64,000 nt of DNA from Clostridia bacterium (GCA_017444735.1 JAFSWB010000088.1:3521-67520); one strand, 5' to 3'. Numbered from the stretch's first letter, positions 55,070-63,658 are shown. The notes: a model not told the origin generated them from the letters alone. Numbers and translations: made by a program.

Positions 55070-56261
55070 CTTTCGTTTTATAATACTCGTTTACGAGATT
55101 TCTGTACCCCAGCGCCTTTATATCCCCGTATCTGACGGAAAACCGCGCCTTCGTGTGCGTCCCGCTGACAAGATAACGGACGCAGTCCTGCGCGTAACGG
55201 TCGATCTCTTCAAGAGATTCCGTCGTATTTATGACCGGGAAGAACCAGCGGCTCCACGAGAGCTCGTTTTCCCGTCCGCTCTCGAACATTTTCCGGTTGA
55301 AAACGCGGAGGAAAGCCATCGCCGCCCTCTCGCCGTCCGATCCCGTTCTCTTTTCCCATCTCATCAGAGCGTCGCGTTTGCGGCGCATTTTCATTTTCAG
55401 CTTTCTGAGCGTCGCAGGGGCGATATCCACTTTCTCCTCCGAGCAGATGAATCCGAGATAGGTAAACGGCTCGCCGGGCGAGCGGTATTCTTCTTTTTTT
55501 TCGTTTATCGAGAGCGACCGCTCAGCGAGATAATCGCGGATGAAGCCGGCGCGGTCTTTCACCTCTTCCTCCGTCGGCGAGAAAAGGATCACGTCGTCGG
55601 AATAACGCGAGTAGACGACCCCCTCTCCCTCAAAACGGCGGTCCATGCCTGAGAGGAACAGATTCGCGTAAAACGACGACTGCGGCGTCCCCGCCATTAT
55701 CCCTTTTTTCTCCGTCGTCTCGCGCCCTCTGTCGATCATGCGCTCCTCCGTGAGGAGAGACGACAGGAACGAGAAAAGCCCGCCGTCGTCAGAGATCGCC
55801 TCGCGCAGGAGCGGGAGAAGCCGATCGACCGGGATCGAGTTGAAATAGTCGTGAATGTCCGCCTTGTACGAATACATCGAGAATATCCCGGGGACGCGGA
55901 GCAGTTTTCTCACGGCGTCCTTCGCAGTCCTGCCGGGGCGGAACGAATAAAGCGAGCGGCAAAAAAGCCCGTCGTACTTCCTTAAAATCTGATGAGTGAG
56001 CATCTTGAGAACGGTGTTCTCCGGCTCGGGATACGTGTAGACGACGCGCTTTTTCTCCGCCCCCTGCTTGCTTATCACCGATTTCACCGGCAGGGGAAAC
56101 GGATCGCCGCGCCGCACCCTCTCGGCGACGGGACGGTATTCCCCGCCGTCGATGAAGAGACGCAGCCTTTTCACGAACGCCCCGGGGCGCGAGAGCGAGG
56201 ATTTGTAATCGAAAAAGTCCTCCCACGCGTCCCGGTCGTCAATCAGATCGAGAATCGACAT
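55056..56261 (-). CDS. free-standing reverse transcriptase (RNA-directed DNA polymerase), class unresolved
   Basis: RT motifs read from the translation: KKRVVYTYPEPEN, YSFRPGRTAKDA, YKADIHDYFNSI, GIMAGTPQSSFYANLFL, YSRYSDDVILF (YSDD at nt 55593..55604), LSINEKK and FTYLGF. The ATG at 56261 has a GGAG 5 nt upstream. The track ORF starts at 56309, inside the structured spacer. Confidence 0.85.
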   Translation of the reverse strand: MSILDLIDDRDAWEDFFDYKSSLSRPGAFVKRLRLFIDGGEYRPVAERVRRGDPFPLPVKSVISKQGAEKKRVVYTYPEPENTVLKMLTHQILRKYDGLFCRSLYSFRPGRTAKDAVRKLLRVPGIFSMYSYKADIHDYFNSIPVDRLLPLLREAISDDGGLFSFLSSLLTEERMIDRGRETTEKKGIMAGTPQSSFYANLFLSGMDRRFEGEGVVYSRYSDDVILFSPTEEEVKDRAGFIRDYLAERSLSINEKKEEYRSPGEPFTYLGFICSEEKVDIAPATLRKLKMKMRRKRDALMRWEKRTGSDGERAAMAFLRVFNRKMFESGRENELSWSRWFFPVINTTESLEEIDRYAQDCVRYLVSGTHTKARFSVRYGDIKALGYRNLVNEYYKTKDAPD

Positions 56262-56282
56262 CTTTACTCCGGAAATAAAAAA

Positions 56283-56410
56283 GCGGAAAGAGAAAACGTT
56301 AAATCCCATAAGTTATGGGATGTACAAGGTCGTACACGGGACGGCTGCCTGCGAAGCCGCGAAAAATCCCGTGCCGGACCCGCCGCAGGCGCTGAGCGTT
56401 CTCTTTCCGC
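56283..56410 (-). ncRNA. candidate structured RNA upstream of the RT (long-range stem enclosing three hairpins)
   Basis: The 5' arm GCGGAAAGAGAACG (plus 56397..56410) pairs with the 3' arm CGTTTTCTCTTTCCGC (plus 56283..56298): 12 continuous bp, then 2 more after a 2-nt bulge. Internal hairpins are listed in the findings. A U6 tract follows the 3' arm. Hand-folded only. Confidence 0.4.
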
Positions 56411-56424
56411 AATTTTACGTTTTA

Positions 56425-56913
56425 TTATTTCAGGTATTCGCCTATCCTGCCGACGACGTACGAGCGGGTATTCCACCACCCGGCGTGGTCGTAGTAGAAT
56501 CTGAGATAAGGGACTCCGTCGCGGCGGCAGTCGTTTCTCACCTTATAGGCGGAACATCTCTCAGACATAAGCTCGACGACGAGCGCGCGAGAGGAGCCGT
56601 AGAAAGTGTAAACGAGTCGCCCCGACCCTCCGACCGGCGTTTTCTCGAAACGATATGCGGGAAATTCCGATCTGAAAAGAGACTCGAAGTACTCGGAGTA
56701 CGTACCTCCGAAATTGTACTGGTTCTCCTCCGCGGGCATACGGTCCCATACGGAGTCGCCGCCGTACGTGTCCTCCCTGACGGGAGCCGCCGTCTCTGCG
56801 GGACGCTCGTTCGCGTTTCCGCCGTTGTTCTGTCCGAGGATCCCTCCGAGGATATCCTTCGCCGCCTTTTCGACCGCTTTTTCTCCTCCGAAAAGCTTCG
56901 ATAAAAGACCCAT
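56425..56913 (-). CDS. 162-aa protein: amphipathic N-terminus, Gly/Asn-rich linker, endonuclease-fold-like (DUF2726-like) C-terminal domain
   Basis: AGGAG RBS 7 nt upstream. N-terminal MGLLSKLFGG... The C-terminal pattern YFESLF..F..Y.F....GRLVYTF....ALVVELMSE....K.RNDCRRDGVPYLRFY resembles the PD-(D/E)xK-like DUF2726 layout, from memory. Confidence 0.6.
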   Translation of the reverse strand: MGLLSKLFGGEKAVEKAAKDILGGILGQNNGGNANERPAETAAPVREDTYGGDSVWDRMPAEENQYNFGGTYSEYFESLFRSEFPAYRFEKTPVGGSGRLVYTFYGSSRALVVELMSERCSAYKVRNDCRRDGVPYLRFYYDHAGWWNTRSYVVGRIGEYLK

Positions 56914-56945
56914 TTCCGCTCTCCTTTTTTTATGAAGGATAAAGG

Positions 56946-58058
56946 TCAGCCCTCAAAAACGTACGCTTTTCCGCTCTTCGCCGACTCGTAGATCCCCTCG
57001 AGGATGCGGGTGACGGTGTACGCCTGTTCCGGCAGGACGCAGGGCTTCTTTCCCGCGACGAGAGCTTCGATCCACTGCTTCGCATCGGCGACGCATTCGA
57101 TCTCTTCCTCGGGGTCGTCCGTGTGATCGAGCGTCGACTTCATCGCGGCGACGTATTCGTCGTACGGATAGACGTCGACGTACCACTCGCCGTTCCTGAC
57201 TCCGTAAATGCGGACTCCGCCGCGCATATCCGCGCCCGCCTTGGTGCCGGAGAACTGCGTGAACGCCTCGATCGATTCGGGAAGGTTGATCGCCCACGAC
57301 GCCTCGACGGAGATCGTCGCGCCGTTCTTCATCTTAACGAGACCGAACGCGCTGTCCTCGACGGTGAACGCCTTCGTGTCCCACTTGCCGTTCGTATACA
57401 TCTCCTCTTCCCTGTTCATCTTATTGAAAGTGGAGCCGAGGCAGATGGCGGGCTCGTAGTTGTTCATCATCCAGAGCGTGAGGTCGAGAGAGTGGGTGCC
57501 GATGTCGATCAGCGGACCGCCGCCCTGCTCGTACTCGTTGAGGAACACGCCCCAGTTCGGTACGCCGCGGCGGCGAATGGCGATGGCGCGGGCATAGTAG
57601 ATATCGCCGAAGACGCCCTCGTCGACCTTCTGCTTGAGGAGCTGGACCTCGGGACGCATTCTGTTCTGGTATCCGATAGAGAGAGTCTTGCCCGTTCTGT
57701 TCGCGGCGTCGATCATCTTTTTCGCCTCGGCGGAGTTGATCGCCATCGGCTTCTCGCACATTACGTGGCATCCCGCCTCGAGAGCGTCGACCGTTATGAA
57801 CGAGTGCGAACGGTTGGGCGTGCAGACGTGAACGACGTCAAGCCGCTCTTTTTCGAGCATCTCTTTGTAGTCCTTATATACGTTCGCTCCCGGCGCGCCG
57901 TATTTCGCCTTCGCCTCCTCCGCTCTCTCGACAATGATGTCGCAGAAAGCGACGAGCGACACGTTTTTCAGAAGACGCAGGGACGGCATATGCTTCTGAT
58001 TTGCGATAAAGCCGCATCCCACGATACCTATTCTTATTTTGTCGTTTGCTCCGATCAT
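56946..58058 (-). CDS. Gfo/Idh/MocA-family oxidoreductase
   Basis: IRIGIVGCGFIANQKH Rossmann N-terminus and an EKPMA motif. Confidence 0.85.
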   Translation of the reverse strand: MIGANDKIRIGIVGCGFIANQKHMPSLRLLKNVSLVAFCDIIVERAEEAKAKYGAPGANVYKDYKEMLEKERLDVVHVCTPNRSHSFITVDALEAGCHVMCEKPMAINSAEAKKMIDAANRTGKTLSIGYQNRMRPEVQLLKQKVDEGVFGDIYYARAIAIRRRGVPNWGVFLNEYEQGGGPLIDIGTHSLDLTLWMMNNYEPAICLGSTFNKMNREEEMYTNGKWDTKAFTVEDSAFGLVKMKNGATISVEASWAINLPESIEAFTQFSGTKAGADMRGGVRIYGVRNGEWYVDVYPYDEYVAAMKSTLDHTDDPEEEIECVADAKQWIEALVAGKKPCVLPEQAYTVTRILEGIYESAKSGKAYVFEG

Positions 58059-58152
58059 TCCGATCCACCTTCCGGTCCCCGCCGGGGACCGTCCTTTCTT
58101 ATGTATTCCGATATTATTCTACCATTTCCACCGAGCGCGTGTCAACGGTTTT

Positions 58153-60321
58153 TTATCCGAAGACAGCGGTTTCTCCCGCGCTCATGACGAGCGTTCCGTC
58201 GTCAGACACGGGCAGGGACGCCGTAAGATGCGAGAGATCGTCGAGGATACGGACTTTCACGTCGTTCTCGGCGCTGATCCTGACCGAGGATATCGCGCCG
58301 TTTTTCATCACGGCGTCGACGATGATCCCTCCGAACCCGCGGAAGCCCTCGAACGACGCGTCGCGCCATCCCGACGGGATCGCCGGGAACAGACGCGTCC
58401 CGTCGCACTCGCTGTAAAGGAGCATATCCTGGATCGCGTCCGTCGCTATGAAGTTGCCCTCGAGGGTGAAGAGACGGTATTTCCAGTGGTAATCGGACCG
58501 GAGCAGATAGTCTCCGTTGGCGTGGAAACCGTTCTTCGTGCAGTTGTCGGAGAAAAACGAGTGAAGAAGCCGGGAGGCGTCGTCGCCCCTTCCCTGCGTC
58601 ACGTAGAACTGCGCCATCCAGACGACGGAATATCCGACCCACATACTCGTCCCGTTCTTCTCGATGTCGCGGACGGTCGCGTCGATTATCCGCCTGTGCT
58701 CGGCGGTGTCGTAGCGGACCGTTTTCAGCGGATAGATGCTCATGCAGTGGGAGTGATGGCGGTGAGACTCGGTCGTCGGCTCGTCGGGGCTTATCATGAA
58801 AACGCCGCGCTCGTCGACCGGGACCGGCTCGAGGCGCGAGAGGGCGTCCTCCCATTTTTTCGTTTCCTCCGGCTCGCCCGCCTCGCGGGAAAAGCCGATC
58901 ATGTCCTCCGCGAAAGCGCGCATCAGCGTCTGATCGTACGCGGAGTTGGGCGTGACCCACGCCTCGGGAAGATTGTCGTGAAGCTCGGGGGACGACGAGA
59001 GCGGCAGCTTCAGGACTCCGTCCTTCTCCTCTAATATGTCGAGAAGAAATTCGCCGCACTCCTTCATATACGGGTAGATCCTGTCGAAATAAACGGGATC
59101 GCGGGTAAAATGAAGATATCTCGCCATTATCTCGCAGAGCCAGATCTGGTTCGTCGGCGAATAGGAATACTGCACCCATCCGCCGAGGGCGTGACCCTCG
59201 ATATCGATGATCGACGGGAGGCAGAGCCCCTTCGCGCCGAAGAATCGGCGCGCGAACTCGCGTCCGACGTCCGAAAGGGACAAAAGGAAGTCGATGAAGC
59301 ACTCGCCCTGCTCGAGGCGGTTCGCCTTGAGGTAGCTCGTGTACGACATCTGCGTGTTGAGGTCGGAGTGATAGTCTCCCTTCCACGGCGGCAGCAGTCC
59401 GTTGTCCGCGGTCCAAACGCCCTGGAGCGGCATCGGATAACATCCCTTCCGCGAACACCCGGCGAGAAGATAATTGTTGAAATACCACTGGCGTTCGAGC
59501 TCGGTATCGGGGATCGAGATCGAGCTCTTTTCCCAGTATTCAGCCCACCACGCGCGGTGAGACACGGCCGCCGCGTCGTATCCGGTCCGGACGGCGTCCG
59601 TCACGGCGATGAGAGAGTCCCCGAGGAAGTCCCGGGTCTTCCCGTCGCCGACCGTATACGCGATAAGCGTCTTACCGTCCCGGACGACGGTCGCGGTGAC
59701 GATGCCGTAGAAGCGGTCGTTCGTCTCCTGGACGAAATACTTGTACCTTATCCCGTCCTTTTCCTCGTCGACGAAGCGGGCGGGAGGATAGTGCAGATTC
59801 TTGACCGAGTCCGAGTCCGCTCCGGGAGGAGCCGGCGGGTCGCCCGGCTTGCCGAACTCGGGATTTTCGATTTTCATGCCGACGCCCTCTCTGTCGATCT
59901 CGATGAGACCGTAAGGCTTCGTCGCGTGGAGGAGCGAGCGGAGAGAGACGCCTCCCGCCCTGACGGTCGCCTCCGCGGCGATATAGTCGAGGTCGGAGAC
60001 GACGTTTTCCCTGACGCCGAGATTGAGGATGAGCTTCCCCGCGGGGAGCTTCGTCGGCGTCGTCCTGCCGTAGCAGTCCTCGAAAATGCGCGCGATCTCC
60101 TTCTGATCGCCCGCGGCGACGAGCTCCTTCAGGTGCGCGAACGTGAAGCCCTCCTGAAGCTCCGGGCTGTCGGAGCAGTCCCAGATGCCGCCTTTGTCGA
60201 GCGAAAAGCGGAGCTTGTCGGAGGAATTCCAGATGAGACAGCCCATATCGCCGTTGCCGAGCGGAAGGCCGTCGTCCCAGAATTCGATCGTCTCGTCGAA
60301 GTGAAGTCCTTTAGTGTTCAT
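58153..60321 (-). CDS. GH95-like glycoside hydrolase (alpha-L-fucosidase family)
   Basis: N-terminal W...GLPLGNGDMG and overall length are typical of GH95. The ATG at 60321 has a GGAGG 5 nt upstream. Confidence 0.75.
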   Translation of the reverse strand: MNTKGLHFDETIEFWDDGLPLGNGDMGCLIWNSSDKLRFSLDKGGIWDCSDSPELQEGFTFAHLKELVAAGDQKEIARIFEDCYGRTTPTKLPAGKLILNLGVRENVVSDLDYIAAEATVRAGGVSLRSLLHATKPYGLIEIDREGVGMKIENPEFGKPGDPPAPPGADSDSVKNLHYPPARFVDEEKDGIRYKYFVQETNDRFYGIVTATVVRDGKTLIAYTVGDGKTRDFLGDSLIAVTDAVRTGYDAAAVSHRAWWAEYWEKSSISIPDTELERQWYFNNYLLAGCSRKGCYPMPLQGVWTADNGLLPPWKGDYHSDLNTQMSYTSYLKANRLEQGECFIDFLLSLSDVGREFARRFFGAKGLCLPSIIDIEGHALGGWVQYSYSPTNQIWLCEIMARYLHFTRDPVYFDRIYPYMKECGEFLLDILEEKDGVLKLPLSSSPELHDNLPEAWVTPNSAYDQTLMRAFAEDMIGFSREAGEPEETKKWEDALSRLEPVPVDERGVFMISPDEPTTESHRHHSHCMSIYPLKTVRYDTAEHRRIIDATVRDIEKNGTSMWVGYSVVWMAQFYVTQGRGDDASRLLHSFFSDNCTKNGFHANGDYLLRSDYHWKYRLFTLEGNFIATDAIQDMLLYSECDGTRLFPAIPSGWRDASFEGFRGFGGIIVDAVMKNGAISSVRISAENDVKVRILDDLSHLTASLPVSDDGTLVMSAGETAVFG

Positions 60322-63300
60322 TTTTGCCTCCGGTTTTGTTTCTTTCAAGATATTTCGGAAGAAGCCCGAAGAGAAGCGCGTAAGTCGACGACGGCGCGAA
60401 CGCGCCGGGGTCGTCGTGCATCGCGCGGGCGAAATACTCGCGCGACGATTCCGCGTCGCCCTGCCCGTAGAGGCCGAGCGCCTTCATAAAGGAGCAGTGG
60501 ACCCGGTTTTTCTTCACCGGATCGTCGTCGAGGACGAGAAGGTCCGGGAGCGACACCGCGAAATAGTCGGGCGTCGGGCGGTCGTCCATGTGGAGATCGG
60601 CGAATTTTATGAGCCGGCGGAATTTCTCGTTCGCCTTTCCGGTCTCTCCGAGGGCGAGATGCGCCATTCCCTGATAGAAGACCGTCTCCGGCGGCTGATC
60701 GTTGTAATAAACGGCGGACGCGGGCTCCGCCTTCCCCTCGGTCGCGAGGCGGAAACGCGCGGCCGCTCCGGCGGCGTCGCCCGAGGCGGCCGCAATCACG
60801 CCGAGAAAATAGTTCTGCTCGTTCTCACGCGCCCCGAAGAGCTTCCCCTCTCCGAGGTTTTCGGGATAATCGAACGTCCCGCCGATATACGACGGATCGC
60901 CGGTTTTGAGCGAGAGCGCGACGTTTGAGAAGATGAACTGTCCGGGGACCTTTCCTTCGCCGCCCTCCCACGGGTGAAACCGTCTTTTGCCGATCAGGGA
61001 GAGCGCCTTTTCGTACTCTCCCGTCAGATTGAGCAGCGTCACGTATTCGAGGAACAGATCGTCGCGGGCGGCGACCGTCCCGAACGAGTCCTCGAGGATC
61101 TTTTTTCTCGTCTTGGGCGAGATCGAAAGGCGGCGGCGCAGAAGGTCCGCCTCGAGGAGGACGCGCGCGTCGCTCCTGTCGAGGGAGACCGCCATATCCA
61201 TCGCCCTCCTCGCGCCCTTTTTGTCGCCGAAACAGTTGAAGCGCAGAAGCGCGAGCGTTCTGAACGGCGTGGCGAAGTCGGCGCCGCGGGAGATCGATTC
61301 TTCCAGAGCGCGCGCGGCGTCGGCGTGGCGCTCCCTGTCGTAATAGAGCAGACCGAGATAGTAAGGCGCCTTGAAATCGGACGGATTCTCCTCCGCCGCG
61401 TATCGCAGGACCGCGATATCGAAAAGACGGTTCGGGAAACAGCAGTAGGGATCGGCGTCGGCGGCGCGTATGAGATATCTGCGCCCGTTCCGCCCCGCCT
61501 TTGCGGCGAAATACGCCCGGTAATAGTCGGTCATCGGGAAGCCGCTCCCGTCGAGCGAGAGGAGCTTCAGGGCGTCCTCGTAAAAGCCCGGGACGGCGAG
61601 CTCTATCGCGAGATCTATGAGCATATTCGGGCTGACGATATGACGTCTCACGTCCTCGCCGTTGAGGTAAAGCCCGAGCACGTCGAGCGGATCGTCGCTG
61701 AGGTCGCGCGGCGCGCCGCGGAGCTTCGCGACGAGGTTTTTCGCCATGAAATTGCGCCCGTTGAAGTTGAGCGCGCGGAGCGCGAAATCGCACGCCTCCT
61801 CCGTCCTCCCGCGGCGCGAGGCGATCGCGGCGAGGAAATACCAGGCGGGACCGGCGGCGTCGGCGTTCCACGTCGCCTTGTAAAACGCGTCGAAAGCCCC
61901 GTCCTCGTCGCCGAGGTAAAAGAGCGCGACGCCGAGTCCGTAGTGGTACTTCCCCGTCGGGGGATTCGGATTTGAGCGGGTCGCCTTTTCGATCGCGCGG
62001 CGATAGTGTTCCGCCGCCTCCTCAAACTCGCCGCTCCTCAGAAGAAGATCGCCAAACGCGGCGTTCAGTCTCATATCGGTAGGATCGCGGCGAAGTCCTT
62101 CGCGGTAATAGTCGCCGGCGCGTCTGGTCGCGTGGCGGTACTGCTCGACGTGGAGGCCGTAAAGGTAGAGGTCCTCAAGCGTTTCGCACTCCTCGGGAAG
62201 CGGCGCGGGCTTCGCCGGAGACGGGATTTCCTGTCCCTTTACGCCGCCGAAGAACGAGATCGCCTCTTTCCCGTCCGCGACAAGCGAGACGCGCACGTCC
62301 TCTTTCCTCCTGCCCCGGGCGGGACACGAGAAGACCGACGTTTTCCCCGTCTCGAGGGCGATCGTTCCCTCTTTCTTCCCGTTGACCGTGACGTCGTATT
62401 CGCAGGGCCGTCCCGGGCAGTACGCCGTCAGTCTGATATCGTCGTCAACGTCAAGACGCAAAACGACGTCGCGCGTCGCGTTGTGAACGGTCCCGACGTC
62501 GTGGTACGGCATGAAATACTGCGTAAAATCGCGCGTCTCGTACGGCTCAATGAACGAGAAGTCGGGCTGATTGTCGGTAAAGCACCCCGTCATCAGCTCG
62601 AAGTACGGTCCGTCCGAATCGGTGAGGTTGCGGTCCCACGCGCGTCCGAAGTCGCCGCATCCCCACGTCCACTGCTTTTTTCCGGGGGAAATATGGTGGT
62701 CCGCAACGTGGAGAAGCCCCGCGCCGACGCCGTCGTCGTAGCCGCCGACGAAGTCAAAATCGCTCTTCGCCGCCATATACGAGGTCGGGACCGGGAGATT
62801 TTCGTAGCGGGAGATGTCGACGCCGCGCGAGTAATCCACCTTGTAATACGTTCCCGTCGCTATCGGGAAGGTCGACACGTCGCGCTTGCCGTGATCCATG
62901 ACGGCGGTCACGTCGGGCGGAAAGATGCTTCTGTAATTCTCATTGACCGCGACCGCGGGATTCGCCCACCAGAGAAACGTCTGACGAAGCGGCGTTCTGT
63001 TGAAAAGATGGTTCCTCATCTCCAGATACGCGCGGTCCGGGTACAGGACGAACTCCGTCTCGCCCTTCGTGTGGAACATATTTTCGATCTCGGACACGAC
63101 GACCGACGCCGACCCGTCGGGATGCTCCGCCGTTCTCCACGAAACGCGGTCGAACGTCGACGGCCTGTGGTGCTGAGGCCAGTTGAACTCGATGCCGCCC
63201 GAGATCCACGGACCCGCGAGACCGACGAGAGCCGGCTTTATCACGCTGTTGTAATATATGAAATCGTAGCCGCGCGTCTTGTCGTACGCGCGCTGGACCC

Positions 63301-63541
63301 TCCCGCCGAGCTCCGGCAGGATCATTATCTTCAGATAGTCGTTTTCAAGAAAAACGGCGCGGTAGACGGCGGGGACCGGCTTGTCCGATATTTTGTCCGT
63401 CACCGGGTGGGGATAGACCTTCCCCGAGCTTCCCTGATACACGCGCTTTTCGAGAAAAAGAGGATTGCGGTCGGGACGGGCGGGACGATACGTCGGTATC
63501 GTTATCTTCTCCTCCCAAACGCTGACTTTTGACGTTTCCAT
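60311..63541 (-). CDS. DUF5107-domain / TPR-repeat protein
   Basis: The N-terminal IPTY...NP.F...VYQGSSGKVYP...LPELGGR...GGIEFNWPQHHRP pattern matches DUF5107. The central and C-terminal parts are TPR-like. Start at the METSK ATG (63541). Confidence 0.7.
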   Translation of the reverse strand: METSKVSVWEEKITIPTYRPARPDRNPLFLEKRVYQGSSGKVYPHPVTDKISDKPVPAVYRAVFLENDYLKIMILPELGGRVQRAYDKTRGYDFIYYNSVIKPALVGLAGPWISGGIEFNWPQHHRPSTFDRVSWRTAEHPDGSASVVVSEIENMFHTKGETEFVLYPDRAYLEMRNHLFNRTPLRQTFLWWANPAVAVNENYRSIFPPDVTAVMDHGKRDVSTFPIATGTYYKVDYSRGVDISRYENLPVPTSYMAAKSDFDFVGGYDDGVGAGLLHVADHHISPGKKQWTWGCGDFGRAWDRNLTDSDGPYFELMTGCFTDNQPDFSFIEPYETRDFTQYFMPYHDVGTVHNATRDVVLRLDVDDDIRLTAYCPGRPCEYDVTVNGKKEGTIALETGKTSVFSCPARGRRKEDVRVSLVADGKEAISFFGGVKGQEIPSPAKPAPLPEECETLEDLYLYGLHVEQYRHATRRAGDYYREGLRRDPTDMRLNAAFGDLLLRSGEFEEAAEHYRRAIEKATRSNPNPPTGKYHYGLGVALFYLGDEDGAFDAFYKATWNADAAGPAWYFLAAIASRRGRTEEACDFALRALNFNGRNFMAKNLVAKLRGAPRDLSDDPLDVLGLYLNGEDVRRHIVSPNMLIDLAIELAVPGFYEDALKLLSLDGSGFPMTDYYRAYFAAKAGRNGRRYLIRAADADPYCCFPNRLFDIAVLRYAAEENPSDFKAPYYLGLLYYDRERHADAARALEESISRGADFATPFRTLALLRFNCFGDKKGARRAMDMAVSLDRSDARVLLEADLLRRRLSISPKTRKKILEDSFGTVAARDDLFLEYVTLLNLTGEYEKALSLIGKRRFHPWEGGEGKVPGQFIFSNVALSLKTGDPSYIGGTFDYPENLGEGKLFGARENEQNYFLGVIAAASGDAAGAAARFRLATEGKAEPASAVYYNDQPPETVFYQGMAHLALGETGKANEKFRRLIKFADLHMDDRPTPDYFAVSLPDLLVLDDDPVKKNRVHCSFMKALGLYGQGDAESSREYFARAMHDDPGAFAPSSTYALLFGLLPKYLERNKTGGKNEH

Positions 63542-63658
63542 AATTCGCCTCTGTTTTTGAACGGTTCGTTTTACTTGACAATCTTTATAGTCTATTGTAA
63601 TATAAAAAGTAACATAAAACAAGAAGTTTTTGAGATTTCCGTTTTTGAGGTGTTCCTT

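Noticed and set aside
55056-56309. Group II intron-encoded RT
   Set aside because: There is no room for ribozyme domains. The RT stop is 14 nt from the convergent gene and lies inside a terminator hairpin. The upstream 163 nt show none of the domain V-like motifs. No En or obvious maturase-X extension was recognised.
56299-56396. DRT2-style rolling-circle template encoding a stop-free concatemer ORF
   Set aside because: The 98 nt between the closing arms is not a multiple of three, so all three frames would need to be open. Two of the three sense-strand frames contain a TAA near the 3' end; the complementary cDNA-sense strand was not checked.
55056-56913. Diversity-generating retroelement (DGR) interpretation of the RT locus
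   Set aside because: The RT4 block resembles the DGR-type block. However, there is no Avd-like four-helix gene. By eye I found no second copy of the 163-nt spacer (a TR/VR pair with A-specific differences) in the 3' end of the adjacent 162-aa gene or elsewhere. A computational self-alignment of the window would be needed to exclude a remote VR fully.
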